Of a stretch of 64,000 nucleotides of DNA, positions 9,752 to 19,499 are shown piece after piece. Source of the DNA: Gemmatimonadota bacterium (lineage in GTDB: Bacteria > Gemmatimonadota > Gemmatimonadetes > Palauibacterales > Palauibacteraceae); contig JAVVDU010000002.1 in assembly GCA_032251515.1 (NCBI GenBank), forward strand, positions 17,936-81,935, written 5' to 3'. The notes under the pieces were generated by a model. It was given only the letters and a program-made list of their open reading frames with translations, had not been told where the DNA came from and did not search any database. Position numbers and translations under genes: made by a program. Position 1 is the stretch's first letter; every line of letters starts with the position of its first letter.

Positions 9752-11316
9752 GCGGCGACGCGAGCCCCAGGTTCGTGCGGCGCCGCCTGGCAGCGCCGGA
9801 GTCGCTGGCGGGCGATTTCGTCGCGGACCGGAAGGACGCCCGCGCCCTCCTCGCCACGGCGGGCCCGACCGGCCCGGGAGGGCCGCGCGCCGGGCGACTC
9901 GGCGCGGCCGCGTTCACGACGACCTCGGCGGGCACGGCGGATGCCCTGCCGGAGATCGTGGCGGACGGCCGGGGCGTGCTCGTCACGACCGGCCAGCAGC
10001 CCGGCCTGTTCGCGGGGCCCCTGTACGTGCTCTACAAGGCGCTCACGGCGGTGGCGGAGGCGCGACGGTGGAGCGCCGAGACGGGCGGCCCGGCGCTCGC
10101 CTGCTTCTGGGTGGCCGGGGACGATCACGACTGGGAGGAGGTGGCCGCTGCCCGGCTCGTCGACCGCGAGGGGCAGGTCCGGACGTTCACCCTCGAGCCC
10201 CCACCGGAGCGCGCGGGCCGGCCCGTAGGGCCATCGCCGCTCCCGCCGGAGGTGGACGAAGCGGCCGCATCCTTCGCCGCGGCGGCGGGCGCCAGCGAGT
10301 TCTCGGAGGCGGTGTTCGCGCCGCTCCGCGCGGCCTATCGGGCCGGCACCTCGTTCACCGGGGCGTTCGAGCGCGTGCTCGCCGAGCTGCTCGCGGGAGT
10401 CGACATCGCGATCCTGGACGGCGGTTCCTCGGAGGTGCACGGCGCCGCCGCTCCCCTGTTGCGGCGGGCGCTGGAACGGGCGGCAGACTGCGACGCGGCG
10501 TTCCGGGCCGGCACGGAAGCGGTGCGGCGCGCCGGCTACGAGCCCCGGCTCCGTCCCCCCGACGGCGGGACGCACGTGTTCTGGGACGGCCCGGCGGGGC
10601 GCGTCCACCTGGTCCGGACGCCGGACGGGATCTCCGCGGGTCCGGACGGAGATCCTCTTCCGGTCGCGGCCTGGGTCGAGCGACTCGAGCAGGACCCCGG
10701 ACGGTTCAGCGCCGGGGCGGCTCTGCGGCCCGTCCTCGAGTCCTGGCTCCTGCCCGTCGGCGCCACGGTCCTCGGACCGGGAGAGATCGCGTACTGGGCC
10801 CAGCTGCCGCAGCTGTTCGCTGTCCTCGAGGTACCGCTGCCGGCGATCGTCCCGCGGGCCTCGTGGACCGTCGTGGAACGAAAGGTGGACCGCTGGCTGG
10901 ACCGGGTGGAAGCGTCGCCCGAGGAACTCGCGGCGGGTACGGACGGAATCGAGGCGCGGATCGTCGCCTCCCATCGGCCCGAGCGGCTCGAGGCGGCGAT
11001 CCGGGAGGCGCGCTCCTGCGTGGGGCGGAGCTTCACCGAGGTGGAGGCGGCGGCCCAGGACGAGCTCCCTGGCATCCGCTCGGCGATCGGCAAGGCACGC
11101 AAGCACGGCTTCGATGCGATCGGCGAGCTGGAGGCGACGATGGACGCCAGGGTCCGCGAGATCATGGACGTGCGGATCGACCAGGCCCGGCGGGCCGCGG
11201 CGCACCTGTACCCGGGCGGTCGTCCGCAGGAGCGGATCGCGAGCCCGTTCGGCTATCTCGCCCTGTACGGGCCGGCGTTCCTCGCGGCGCTCCGCCGGGC
11301 CCACGGACTGGAATGA
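9748..11316 (+). CDS. bshC: bacillithiol biosynthesis cysteine-adding enzyme BshC
   Basis: Blocks shared with B. subtilis YllA/BshC, recalled from memory: TGQQPGLFAGPLY, FWVAGDDHDWEE, GPGEIAYWAQL...PR. Confidence 0.8.
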   Translation: MSGDASPRFVRRRLAAPESLAGDFVADRKDARALLATAGPTGPGGPRAGRLGAAAFTTTSAGTADALPEIVADGRGVLVTTGQQPGLFAGPLYVLYKALTAVAEARRWSAETGGPALACFWVAGDDHDWEEVAAARLVDREGQVRTFTLEPPPERAGRPVGPSPLPPEVDEAAASFAAAAGASEFSEAVFAPLRAAYRAGTSFTGAFERVLAELLAGVDIAILDGGSSEVHGAAAPLLRRALERAADCDAAFRAGTEAVRRAGYEPRLRPPDGGTHVFWDGPAGRVHLVRTPDGISAGPDGDPLPVAAWVERLEQDPGRFSAGAALRPVLESWLLPVGATVLGPGEIAYWAQLPQLFAVLEVPLPAIVPRASWTVVERKVDRWLDRVEASPEELAAGTDGIEARIVASHRPERLEAAIREARSCVGRSFTEVEAAAQDELPGIRSAIGKARKHGFDAIGELEATMDARVREIMDVRIDQARRAAAHLYPGGRPQERIASPFGYLALYGPAFLAALRRAHGLE

Positions 11317-11395
11317 GGCGCGGGACCGGAGGGGCGGCCGGAAGTCTGCCGCGGCCGTTGCTGGTCTCCGTACCCTTCCGTAGTTTCGCGGCGGT

Positions 11396-11752
11396 GTGCG
11401 CGCCGGCGCCACGGAGCAGGACGGCGCGCCGTCCCGAAGGCCATGCGGGGGCTTCTTGATCTGGGCGTTTCTGATCCTCCTCGTCCTGCTGATCCCGATT
11501 CTGGCGATCGTCATCGACTCGCAGGTCGGGCAGGCGCTCGCGAACCGGATCTCGCGCGGCCTTCCGCCGGATGCCGAGCGCTTCGCGGCACGCCTCGAGG
11601 AGCTGGAGGCGGACGTCCATTACCTCACGGAATCCCTCGAGAGCCTGCGGGACGAGACGCGGTTCGTCCGCGCCCTGATGGAGGGACCGGAGGGCGGGTC
11701 CGATGGATCCGCGGGAGACGCGGCGGGGGAGCCGGGTGACCGCGGCCCCTGA
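11396..11752 (+). CDS. hypothetical small membrane-anchored protein (start uncertain, possibly TTG near 11456)
   Basis: One strongly hydrophobic helix (FLIWAFLILLVLLIPILAIVI) followed by a helical tail. No family recognised. Confidence 0.25.
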   Translation: MRAGATEQDGAPSRRPCGGFLIWAFLILLVLLIPILAIVIDSQVGQALANRISRGLPPDAERFAARLEELEADVHYLTESLESLRDETRFVRALMEGPEGGSDGSAGDAAGEPGDRGP

Positions 11753-11803
11753 CGGCGGGGCAGCCCGGGTCCGGAGGCGCCGCGCGCGGAGCCGGCGCGC
11801 TTC

Positions 11804-13366
11804 GTGATGGGACGCGGCGCCCGTCCGGCCGGCTCGGTCGGGGCCGGGATCCTCCTGAGCCGCGTGACGGGCGTGGCCCGGGACGTGGCGCTCGCGGCCT
11901 TCCTGGGGACCGGCCGGCCCGCCGACGCCTACTGGGCGGCCCTCAAGATCCCGAACATCGTCCGGAACCTCCTGGGCGAAGGGACGCTGTCGGCCTCCTT
12001 CGTGCCCGTGTACGCATCCAGCCTCGCGGCGCGCGAGGCTGGATCGGAGGAGCCGGCCCGCCTGGCGCGCTCGGTGCTCGGCGGGGTGCTGCTGGCCGCC
12101 GGCCTGCTGGCGGGTCTCGGGGTCCTGCTGGCGCCGTGGATCACCGGGGTCCTGCTCGCCGGGGCGGACGAGGCGACCCGAGTTCTCGCGACCTCGCTGG
12201 TACGGATCCTGTTCCCGATGGCCGGGATCCTGGTGGTCGGGGCCTGGTTCCTCGGCGTCCTCAACACGCACGATCGCTTCTTCCTCCCGTTCGCCGCCCC
12301 GGCGCTCTGGAATCTGGCCCAGGTGACGGGCCTGTTCGTCGCGGCGCACCTGGGGGCCGAGCGGATCGCCGTGGCCCTCGCGTGGTCGGCGCTCGGCGGA
12401 GCGCTGCTGCAGGTCGGAGTGCAGGCTCCCGTCGCCTTCCGCCTCTCCGGAGTGCGCCGTCCCGGCTTCGAGTGGTCGCTGGAGCCCGTGCGGCGCGTGG
12501 CCCGGAACAGCCTGCCGGTCATCTCCAGCCAGGGGATCCTGCAGGTCTCCTCGCTCGTGGACGTGGCGCTGGCGGCGCTCGCGGGGCCGGGAGCGCTGGC
12601 GGCGCTGGGGTACTCCCAGCGGCTCGCGTACCTCCCGATCAGCCTGTTCGGCATCTCGATCGCGGCGGCGGCGCTTCCGGCGATGTCGCGCGAGGCGAGG
12701 CGCGAGGCGCTCGCCGAACGACTCCGTCTCGCGTGGTTCCAGATCCTGTTCTTCGTGCTGCCGTCCGCCGTCGCGCTGCTCCTGTTCGGCGATCTCCTGG
12801 TGTCGGTCGTCTACGAGCGGGGCGAGTTCGGACGTGAGAGCACGGCGCTCGTGACCCTGCTGCTCGCTGCGTACGGACTGGGGCTCGCGGCGGCGAGCTC
12901 GGTGAAGCTGTTCGCGAGCGGCTTCCACGCCATGCAGGACACGGCGAGCCCCCTGCGGGCCGCGGGGATCGCCGTCGCCGTCGCGGTGACCGTGGGGGCG
13001 GCGCTGACCCTGCTCCTGCGCGCGTCGGGCTTCGGCGCCTTCGCCGCCGTCGGCATCGTGCTCGGAGGGGCGCTGGGGTCGTGGGTGAACCTGCTGCTGC
13101 TCTGGGCGGGCCTCCGGCGGCGCCTGGGTCCCTTCCTCGGACGGGACGCCCTGCGCGCCGTCCTGCGACTCGCCGTGGCGGTGCTCGTGGCCACCGCCGC
13201 CGGATGGGCGGCCCGCACGCTGGTCGAACCCGTGCTCCCGGACCGGAGCCTCGTGCATCGGGGACTGCTCACGACCGTCGTCCTGTCGGCCTTCGGGCTC
13301 GTCTACCTGGCCATCGCCCGTCGCCCGCCCCGGCCTGCGGCTCCGTCGCACGATGCCGCCGGCTGA
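11804..13366 (+). CDS. murJ: lipid II flippase MurJ (MviN)
   Basis: MOP superfamily. N-terminal GAGILLSRVTGVARDVALAAFLGTG and about 14 predicted TM helices. Confidence 0.85.
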   Translation: MMGRGARPAGSVGAGILLSRVTGVARDVALAAFLGTGRPADAYWAALKIPNIVRNLLGEGTLSASFVPVYASSLAAREAGSEEPARLARSVLGGVLLAAGLLAGLGVLLAPWITGVLLAGADEATRVLATSLVRILFPMAGILVVGAWFLGVLNTHDRFFLPFAAPALWNLAQVTGLFVAAHLGAERIAVALAWSALGGALLQVGVQAPVAFRLSGVRRPGFEWSLEPVRRVARNSLPVISSQGILQVSSLVDVALAALAGPGALAALGYSQRLAYLPISLFGISIAAAALPAMSREARREALAERLRLAWFQILFFVLPSAVALLLFGDLLVSVVYERGEFGRESTALVTLLLAAYGLGLAAASSVKLFASGFHAMQDTASPLRAAGIAVAVAVTVGAALTLLLRASGFGAFAAVGIVLGGALGSWVNLLLLWAGLRRRLGPFLGRDALRAVLRLAVAVLVATAAGWAARTLVEPVLPDRSLVHRGLLTTVVLSAFGLVYLAIARRPPRPAAPSHDAAG

Positions 13367-15200
13367 GGGCCTGCGGGCCCGGGTCCGCGCGCTTCCCCGG
13401 CGGCCGGGCGTGTACCTGTTCCGGGACGCGGCCGGCGATGTCCTGTACGTCGGCAAGGCGAAGTCCCTCCGGGAGCGCGTATCATCGTACGTCCGCCGGG
13501 ACGCGGCCGGGTCCCTGCGGACCGCACGCCTCGTGGAGCGGATCGCCGGGCTCGAGACGATCGTCACGGCTACCGAGGAAGAGGCGCTCCTGCTCGAGGC
13601 GAACCTCGTCCGGGAGCACGCGCCGCGCTTCAACGTGCGCCTGCGGGACGACAAGACGTTCCCGTACGTGAAGGTCACGGTGGACGAACCGTACCCCCGC
13701 GTTCTCGTGACCCGGCGCCTGCTCCCGGACGGCGCACGGTACTTCGGTCCGTTCACCGACGTGGGCGCGATGCGCAAGGCCCTGCGCTTCCTGCAGCGAC
13801 GATTCACGATCCGGACCTGCAGCTGGGACCTCCCGCGGCGGGCGCCCGACCGCCCCTGCCTGGACTTCCACATCGACCGCTGCCGGGCTCCGTGCGTGGG
13901 CCGCCAGGACGAGGCGAGCTACCGGGCGGCGATCGACGAGGTGCTGGCCGTGTTGGGGGGCCACACGGAGGACCTGAGACGCGCCGTGGAGGCGGAGATG
14001 TCCGCCGCGGCCGCGCGGCTCGATTTCGAGCTGGCGGCGGAGCTCCGCGACGTGCTCGCCGGGCTCGCATCGTTCACGGAGCGCCGGACGGCCGTGGACG
14101 TCCGCGGGGGAGACCGCGACGTGCTCGGGCTGCACCGGGAGGGTGGCACGGCCTGCGCCGTTCTGCTGCGGGTGCGCGGGGGCAGGCTCCTCGGGCGGGA
14201 CGTGCTGTTCCTGGAGTACTCTCCGGAGAGCGACGCGGACATCGACGAGGCCGGGCTCGTGGAGGCGGCCGTCAAGGGGTTCGTGCTGCGGGGCGAGATG
14301 CCGCCGGCCGAGCTCCTCGTCCCGGCGGAGTTTCCCGACTTGCCGCTCCTGCGGGACGTTCTCGCCGCGAGCCGGGGAGGAGCCGTCCGGATTCTCGCCC
14401 CGCGTCGCGGCCAGAAGCGGCGGCTGCTCGAGCTCGCCGCCCGGAACGCGGCGCACGCGTTCCGCTCCGGGGTCACCGAGCCGGCCGATCCCGCCAGTCG
14501 GGAGGCGTCGCGGCGACTGGCCCTCGCCCTCGGTCTGGCGGCTCCGCCCCGGGATCTCCTGTGTTTCGACATTTCCACGCTCGGCGGTGCGGAGACGGTC
14601 GGATCCGCCGTGTGGCTGCGCGACGGCCGGCCACGGCGCTCGGAATACCGCCGGTTCCGGGTCCGCGCCGCCGAGCCCGGACGACCCGACGACCCGGCGG
14701 CGATGCAGGAAGTGGTCGGGCGCTATTTCCAGCGCCGCGTGCGCGAGGACGCCTTGCTTCCCGACCTGGTGCTGGTCGACGGCGGACGGGGGCAGCTCGG
14801 CGCCGCGCGGCAGGCCATGGAAGGCGCCGGCGTGTCCGACCTGCCCGTGGCGGCGCTCGCCAAGCGGCACGAGGAGGTGCTGCTGCCGGGACGCGACGAG
14901 CCCGTCGTGCTGGAGCGGCGGGATCCCGCGCTGCACTGGCTGCAGCGGGTGCGCGACGAGGCCCACCGCTTCGCCGTGGGATACAACCGGACCCTGCGCC
15001 GCAAGCGAACCCTCGCGTCGGCGCTGTCGGAGGTGCCGGGGGTGGGCCCGGCTCGCGAACTGGCCCTGCTCCACCGGTTCGGCAGTCCGGCTGGCGTGGC
15101 ACGGGCGACGGAGGCCGACGTGGCAGCCGTCGAGGGAATCGGCCCCGTGCTGGCGCGCCGGATCCTCACCTTGCTGCGGGGGATGCCCGGCACGGACTGA
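13353..15200 (+). CDS. uvrC: excinuclease ABC subunit C UvrC
   Basis: GIY-YIG N-terminus (PGVYLFRDAAGDVLYVGKAKSLRERV), UvrBC-interaction region, RNase H-like and HhH C-terminus. Confidence 0.9.
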   Translation: MPPAEGLRARVRALPRRPGVYLFRDAAGDVLYVGKAKSLRERVSSYVRRDAAGSLRTARLVERIAGLETIVTATEEEALLLEANLVREHAPRFNVRLRDDKTFPYVKVTVDEPYPRVLVTRRLLPDGARYFGPFTDVGAMRKALRFLQRRFTIRTCSWDLPRRAPDRPCLDFHIDRCRAPCVGRQDEASYRAAIDEVLAVLGGHTEDLRRAVEAEMSAAAARLDFELAAELRDVLAGLASFTERRTAVDVRGGDRDVLGLHREGGTACAVLLRVRGGRLLGRDVLFLEYSPESDADIDEAGLVEAAVKGFVLRGEMPPAELLVPAEFPDLPLLRDVLAASRGGAVRILAPRRGQKRRLLELAARNAAHAFRSGVTEPADPASREASRRLALALGLAAPPRDLLCFDISTLGGAETVGSAVWLRDGRPRRSEYRRFRVRAAEPGRPDDPAAMQEVVGRYFQRRVREDALLPDLVLVDGGRGQLGAARQAMEGAGVSDLPVAALAKRHEEVLLPGRDEPVVLERRDPALHWLQRVRDEAHRFAVGYNRTLRRKRTLASALSEVPGVGPARELALLHRFGSPAGVARATEADVAAVEGIGPVLARRILTLLRGMPGTD

Positions 15201-15419
15201 ACACCCGCAGGGACCCGTCCGGTCTCCTCCGCGCATCCGCCCCCCGGCCTCCCGGCCCACGGGGGATACCGCGGGAAACACGCGCCTCCCGGGAGAGTAT
15301 CCAGAAGGGGTTGCGGCGTCCCCGTCCCACGTGGCAGGATGCGCCGCGAGCCGGGGCCCGACCCGCGCGGGTTCGCGGCCCTTTCGCAGCGTGGTTGACT
15401 CGAACGGGAATTCTGTTAC

Positions 15420-16781
15420 ATGAACAGACGATCGGTGAGCCTGGCGGGCGTGATGACCGCCCTGACCCTCCTGCTGCTGGCGTGGCCGGCGGCGCCGGCC
15501 CTCGCGCAGGACGACTGCGTGGAGGGCGGCAACCAGTGGACACGGGGCGCCGAGATCGAGCTGAGCTGGTCGCAGCGCAGGGATGACCCGCAGACGAAGC
15601 AGGAGCGGTACACCAAGGCCCTGGAGGCCCTGGAGCCGTCCTTCGCGAAGCAGCCCGTCGATCCGCGGACCTTCCTGCTGGCCGCCCAGGCGCATCTCGG
15701 CCTGCGCAACTTCGCACAGGCGGACTCGATGCTGACGGCCCTGGTCGAGGCCGTACCGGCCTGCAAGGAACAGGCGGACGAGATGCGGTTCAACGCCTGG
15801 GTCCCGTTCTACAACCGGGGCGTGGAGATGCTGAACGCGGGCGACGAGGCCGCGGCGCTCGAGGCCTTCGAGGACGCGAACTCGATCTACCGAGACGCCC
15901 GTTCCCTGAACAACGCGGCCTCCATCCACCAGAGTCGCGGCGACACGGCGAAGGCGATCGCCATGTACACCGAGGCGCTGGCCGCCGGCGGGGCGGAGGA
16001 AGCCAACGTCCGGGCCGCCACGATCAACCTCGCCGAACTGATGCGCGCGTCCGGTCAGGTCGAGGAGGCCCTGCAGATCTACGAGAGCTACGCGGCGGAC
16101 CACCCGGACGACGTGCTCGGCAAGCTCAACTACGCGATCGCCCTGGTGGATGCGGACCAGGACTCGGCGGCGCAGGAGATCTTCGGCGAACTGCTGGGCC
16201 GGGACGACCTCAGCTTCACGCAGTGGTCGCAGGTGGGGATCGGCCTGTACCGGGCCCGGAACTTCACACGCGCCGCGCAGGCGTTCCAGAAGGCGCACGA
16301 CCAGCAGCCGCTGAACAAGGAGACGCTCGAGAACCTCGCGAACTCCCATTACCAGGCCGAGAACTACGCGGAACTGCTGCCGCTCGCCGACACACTCGTG
16401 TCGCTGTATCCCTACGAGCGGGTCAACTACAACCTGCTGGCCAACGCCCGCACGGAGCAGAAGGACGAGGCGGGGGCCCTGGCGATCCTCGAGGCCCGCG
16501 AAGAGCTCGCGTTCGAGTTCCTGCGTGCCCAGCTCGGCCAGGTCGGCGAGAGCGTCTACTCCCTCGACGGCCAGATCATGAATCGCTCGGGCGCGGAGGG
16601 AAGCGAAGTGGAGATTCCGGTCATCTTCCTGGGGGAAGGGCACACCCCGGTCCTCGAGGAGATGCTGGTGCTGACGCTTCCGGCCCAGGGCGACGTGGCG
16701 GGCTTCCAGCTGCAGGTGGAGAGCGACACGCCGATCCTCGGGTTCCGGTACGAGAAGGCCGCGCCCGGAGGCGGGGCCTGA
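15420..16781 (+). CDS. secreted tetratricopeptide-repeat protein
   Basis: Signal peptide (MNRRSVSLAGVMTALTLLLLAWPAAPALAQDD) and multiple TPR-like helical repeats. Confidence 0.55.
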   Translation: MNRRSVSLAGVMTALTLLLLAWPAAPALAQDDCVEGGNQWTRGAEIELSWSQRRDDPQTKQERYTKALEALEPSFAKQPVDPRTFLLAAQAHLGLRNFAQADSMLTALVEAVPACKEQADEMRFNAWVPFYNRGVEMLNAGDEAAALEAFEDANSIYRDARSLNNAASIHQSRGDTAKAIAMYTEALAAGGAEEANVRAATINLAELMRASGQVEEALQIYESYAADHPDDVLGKLNYAIALVDADQDSAAQEIFGELLGRDDLSFTQWSQVGIGLYRARNFTRAAQAFQKAHDQQPLNKETLENLANSHYQAENYAELLPLADTLVSLYPYERVNYNLLANARTEQKDEAGALAILEAREELAFEFLRAQLGQVGESVYSLDGQIMNRSGAEGSEVEIPVIFLGEGHTPVLEEMLVLTLPAQGDVAGFQLQVESDTPILGFRYEKAAPGGGA

Positions 16782-16804
16782 CCCACCGACTGCCGACCGG
16801 CGGG

Positions 16805-16829
16805 GCGGACGGCGACGATCCCCGTCCGC
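16805..16829 (+). terminator. hairpin GCGGACGG-N9-CCGTCCGC after the TPR gene
   Basis: 8-bp perfect stem 24 nt downstream of the 15420..16781 stop. No U-tract, as is common in high-GC genomes. Confidence 0.25.
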
Positions 16830-16893
16830 TCCGCCGCCGCGCGGGTCCCGGGCCCGGAGCGGCCCCTCCCGTGCCCGCGGAGTTTCCGTTCCC

Positions 16894-18177
16894 GTGATCC
16901 GTATCCTGCGCGTCCGCCCCGGGTCGATCGCCGACGAGCTCGGTCTCTCGCCGGGAGCCCTCGTCCTGCGCATCAACGACTCCGAGGTCCGGGACGGACT
17001 GGATCTGCGCTTCCTCGAGGCGGACGCCGAGCTGGTCGTCCTGGTGCGCCGGGCCGGCGGCGAGGAGGTCCTGTTCGACATCGAGAAGGACCCGGACGAG
17101 TCCCTGGGGATCGTGCCGGAGCCGGACAAGGTCCGCCGCTGCACCAACGCGTGTCCCTTCTGCTTCGTGAAGGGGAACCCCCGCGCGGAGAAACTCCGGG
17201 CGGGCCTGTACATCAAGGACGACGACTACCGGCTCTCGTTCCAGTTCGGCCACTACGTCACGCTGACCAACCTCCGCGACGAAGACTGGGAGCGCATCTT
17301 CGCGCAGCGGCTGTCGCCGCTCTACGTCTCGGTGCACGCGACGGACCCGGAGGCGCGACTCGCGATGCTCGTGAACCCGCGCGCGGCGCGGATCGGCGAG
17401 CACCTCGACCGCCTGGGGGAGGGCGGGATCCGCGTGCACGCGCAGGTCGTGCTGTGTCCCGGGCTCAACGACGGGACCGTGCTGGAGCGCACGATCGATG
17501 ACCTGTACGCGCGGGGCGAGGCGATCCTGTCGCTGTCCGTCGTTCCGGTCGGTCTCACGAGCTACAATCGCGACCGGGGCGTTCGCCAGCTGACCCCGGA
17601 GGAATGCCACCGCGCCCTGGACCGGATCGAGGCGGTGCGCCGCCGGGCGAAGCGGGAGCGGGGCCACGGGTGGTGCTATGCGGCGGACGAGCTGTTCCTG
17701 CAGGCCGGACTCGAGGTGCCGGGGCGCGCCTATTTCGACGAGGGAGAGCTGACCGCGAACGGGGTCGGCGCGATCTCCGAGCTCCTGGACCTGGCACGCC
17801 GGGACCTGCCGGACCTGCCCCGGTTGCCGGACCGGCGGATCGTTCTGGTCACGGGCACCTCCATGGGGCCGCACCTCGCGCGCCTGGCCGACGAGATCGC
17901 CGACGTGACGGGAGCACGACTCGACGTGGCGGCGACGGAGAACGGGCTGTACGGACCCCTGGTCACGACCGCCGGCCTGTTGAGCGGGGCGGACCACGCC
18001 GCGGCGCTGCGACGCCACCCGGAGTTCGAGCTCGGCCTGTTCTCGCGTGCCGCGCTGAACGATGATGAGGCGTTCCTCGATGATGTGACCCTCGCCGGCC
18101 TGCGGGCGGGCTTTCCGGGCAGGGAGATATGGCCAGCGGAACACGTGACGGACGCCCTCCGGGCCCTGTCGGCGTAG
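16894..18177 (+). CDS. PDZ-domain / radical-SAM-like DUF512 protein
   Basis: N-terminal PDZ-like segment. CxxxCxxC (CTNACPFC) motif. DUF512 family proteins are commonly encoded upstream of der. Confidence 0.6.
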   Translation: MIRILRVRPGSIADELGLSPGALVLRINDSEVRDGLDLRFLEADAELVVLVRRAGGEEVLFDIEKDPDESLGIVPEPDKVRRCTNACPFCFVKGNPRAEKLRAGLYIKDDDYRLSFQFGHYVTLTNLRDEDWERIFAQRLSPLYVSVHATDPEARLAMLVNPRAARIGEHLDRLGEGGIRVHAQVVLCPGLNDGTVLERTIDDLYARGEAILSLSVVPVGLTSYNRDRGVRQLTPEECHRALDRIEAVRRRAKRERGHGWCYAADELFLQAGLEVPGRAYFDEGELTANGVGAISELLDLARRDLPDLPRLPDRRIVLVTGTSMGPHLARLADEIADVTGARLDVAATENGLYGPLVTTAGLLSGADHAAALRRHPEFELGLFSRAALNDDEAFLDDVTLAGLRAGFPGREIWPAEHVTDALRALSA

Positions 18178-19499
18178 CCGTCGTCGCGATCGTCGGCCGG
18201 CCGAACGTGGGGAAGTCGACCCTGTTCAACCGGATCGTGGGCCGCCGCATCGCCATCGTGGCCGAGCGCGAAGGGGTGACCCGCGACCGCCAGTTCGCCG
18301 AGGCGGACTGGCACGGGCGCTCGTTCCTCCTCGCCGACACGGGAGGCATCCTCGACGTACCGGAGCGACCGCTCGACCGTGCGGTCCGGGAGCAGGTCCT
18401 GACGGCGATCGAGGCGGCCGACGCGGTCCTGTTCGTGGTGGACGGCCGCACCGGGGTGCACCCGGTCGACGAGCACGTGGCCGACCTGCTGCGCCGTGCG
18501 GACCGGCCGGTGGTGCTGGCCGTGAACAAGCTGGACGAGCCGGCCACGGCGACCGGGCAGCACGACTTCCACCGGCTCGGACTCGGGGAGCCCGTCCCGG
18601 TCTCGGCGCTGAGCGGGAAGGGCAGCGGCGACCTGCTCGACCGGGTCGTCGCCCGTCTGCCGCCGGCCGCCGGGCCGGGCACCGCCCGGGAGGGGCTCCG
18701 GCTGGCGGTCATCGGTAAGCCGAACGTCGGCAAATCGAGCTTCGTGAACCGGCTGCTCGGCCAGGATCGGGTGCTCGTGCACGACGAGGCGGGCACGACC
18801 CGCGACGCGATCGACACGTGGCTCGAGATCGAGGGCGAACCGGTCTGCCTGATCGACACGGCCGGCCTGCGGCGGCGGGCGCGGGTGGATGACGAGGTGG
18901 AGTTCTACAGCCGGCTGCGCGCGGCCGCCGCGATCGAGCGGGCGGATGTCTGTCTGCTCCTCGCGGACGCGCGGGCGGGACTCACGAACCAGGACTTCCG
19001 GATCGGCGAGGAGGCCTGGGAGGCCGGCTGCGGTCTGGTGCTCGTGGTGAACAAGTGGGACCTGATCGCGGACCGGGGTCCCGACGTGGTGGCCGACTTC
19101 GAGCGCCGACTGCAGGAGCGTGCCGCCTTTCTCCGGTTCGTGCCCATGCTGACGGCCTCGGCGCTCAGCGGCCAGCGCGTGCGTAAGGCGGTCGACATCG
19201 CCCGCGAGGTGGCGGCGACGCGCGGCCGCCGGATCCCCACGGCCGAGGTGAACCGCGTGCTCGGCGAGCTGACCCGCCGACGGCAGCCGCCGCAGGGGGG
19301 ACGGGGTGACGTCAAGCTCTTCTACGGGAGCCAGGTGGCGGCGGCCCCACCGCGCTTCGTGCTGTGGTCCAACCGGCCCGCCGACGTGAAGTCGAACTAC
19401 CTGCGGTACCTCTCCAACGGCTTCCGGGCCGCGTGGGGGTTCGAGGGGAGCCCGCTCCGCATCGCCGTCCGGAAGCGCCCCGAGGGGAGGCAGCGATGA
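18129..19499 (+). CDS. der: ribosome-associated GTPase Der (EngA), tandem GTP-binding domains
   Basis: Two G domains (GRPNVGKSTLFN, GKPNVGKSSFVN) plus a KH-like C-terminus. The only in-frame start is the ATG at 18129, which overlaps the upstream gene by 49 nt. Confidence 0.9.
   Translation: MASGTRDGRPPGPVGVAVVAIVGRPNVGKSTLFNRIVGRRIAIVAEREGVTRDRQFAEADWHGRSFLLADTGGILDVPERPLDRAVREQVLTAIEAADAVLFVVDGRTGVHPVDEHVADLLRRADRPVVLAVNKLDEPATATGQHDFHRLGLGEPVPVSALSGKGSGDLLDRVVARLPPAAGPGTAREGLRLAVIGKPNVGKSSFVNRLLGQDRVLVHDEAGTTRDAIDTWLEIEGEPVCLIDTAGLRRRARVDDEVEFYSRLRAAAAIERADVCLLLADARAGLTNQDFRIGEEAWEAGCGLVLVVNKWDLIADRGPDVVADFERRLQERAAFLRFVPMLTASALSGQRVRKAVDIAREVAATRGRRIPTAEVNRVLGELTRRRQPPQGGRGDVKLFYGSQVAAAPPRFVLWSNRPADVKSNYLRYLSNGFRAAWGFEGSPLRIAVRKRPEGRQR

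Noticed and set aside
11317-11395. Intergenic gaps checked for tRNA/ncRNA (also 44379..44458, 46131..46200, 51906..52019)
   Set aside because: No cloverleaf-compatible sequence and no T-loop GTTCRA motifs were seen.
15201-15419. 220-bp intergenic region with CCCGCGCGGG palindrome and TTGACT 20 nt before the TPR gene
   Set aside because: No acceptable -10 at correct spacing (the ATG follows immediately). The palindrome is short and GC-only. No tRNA or ncRNA-like structure could be supported by eye.
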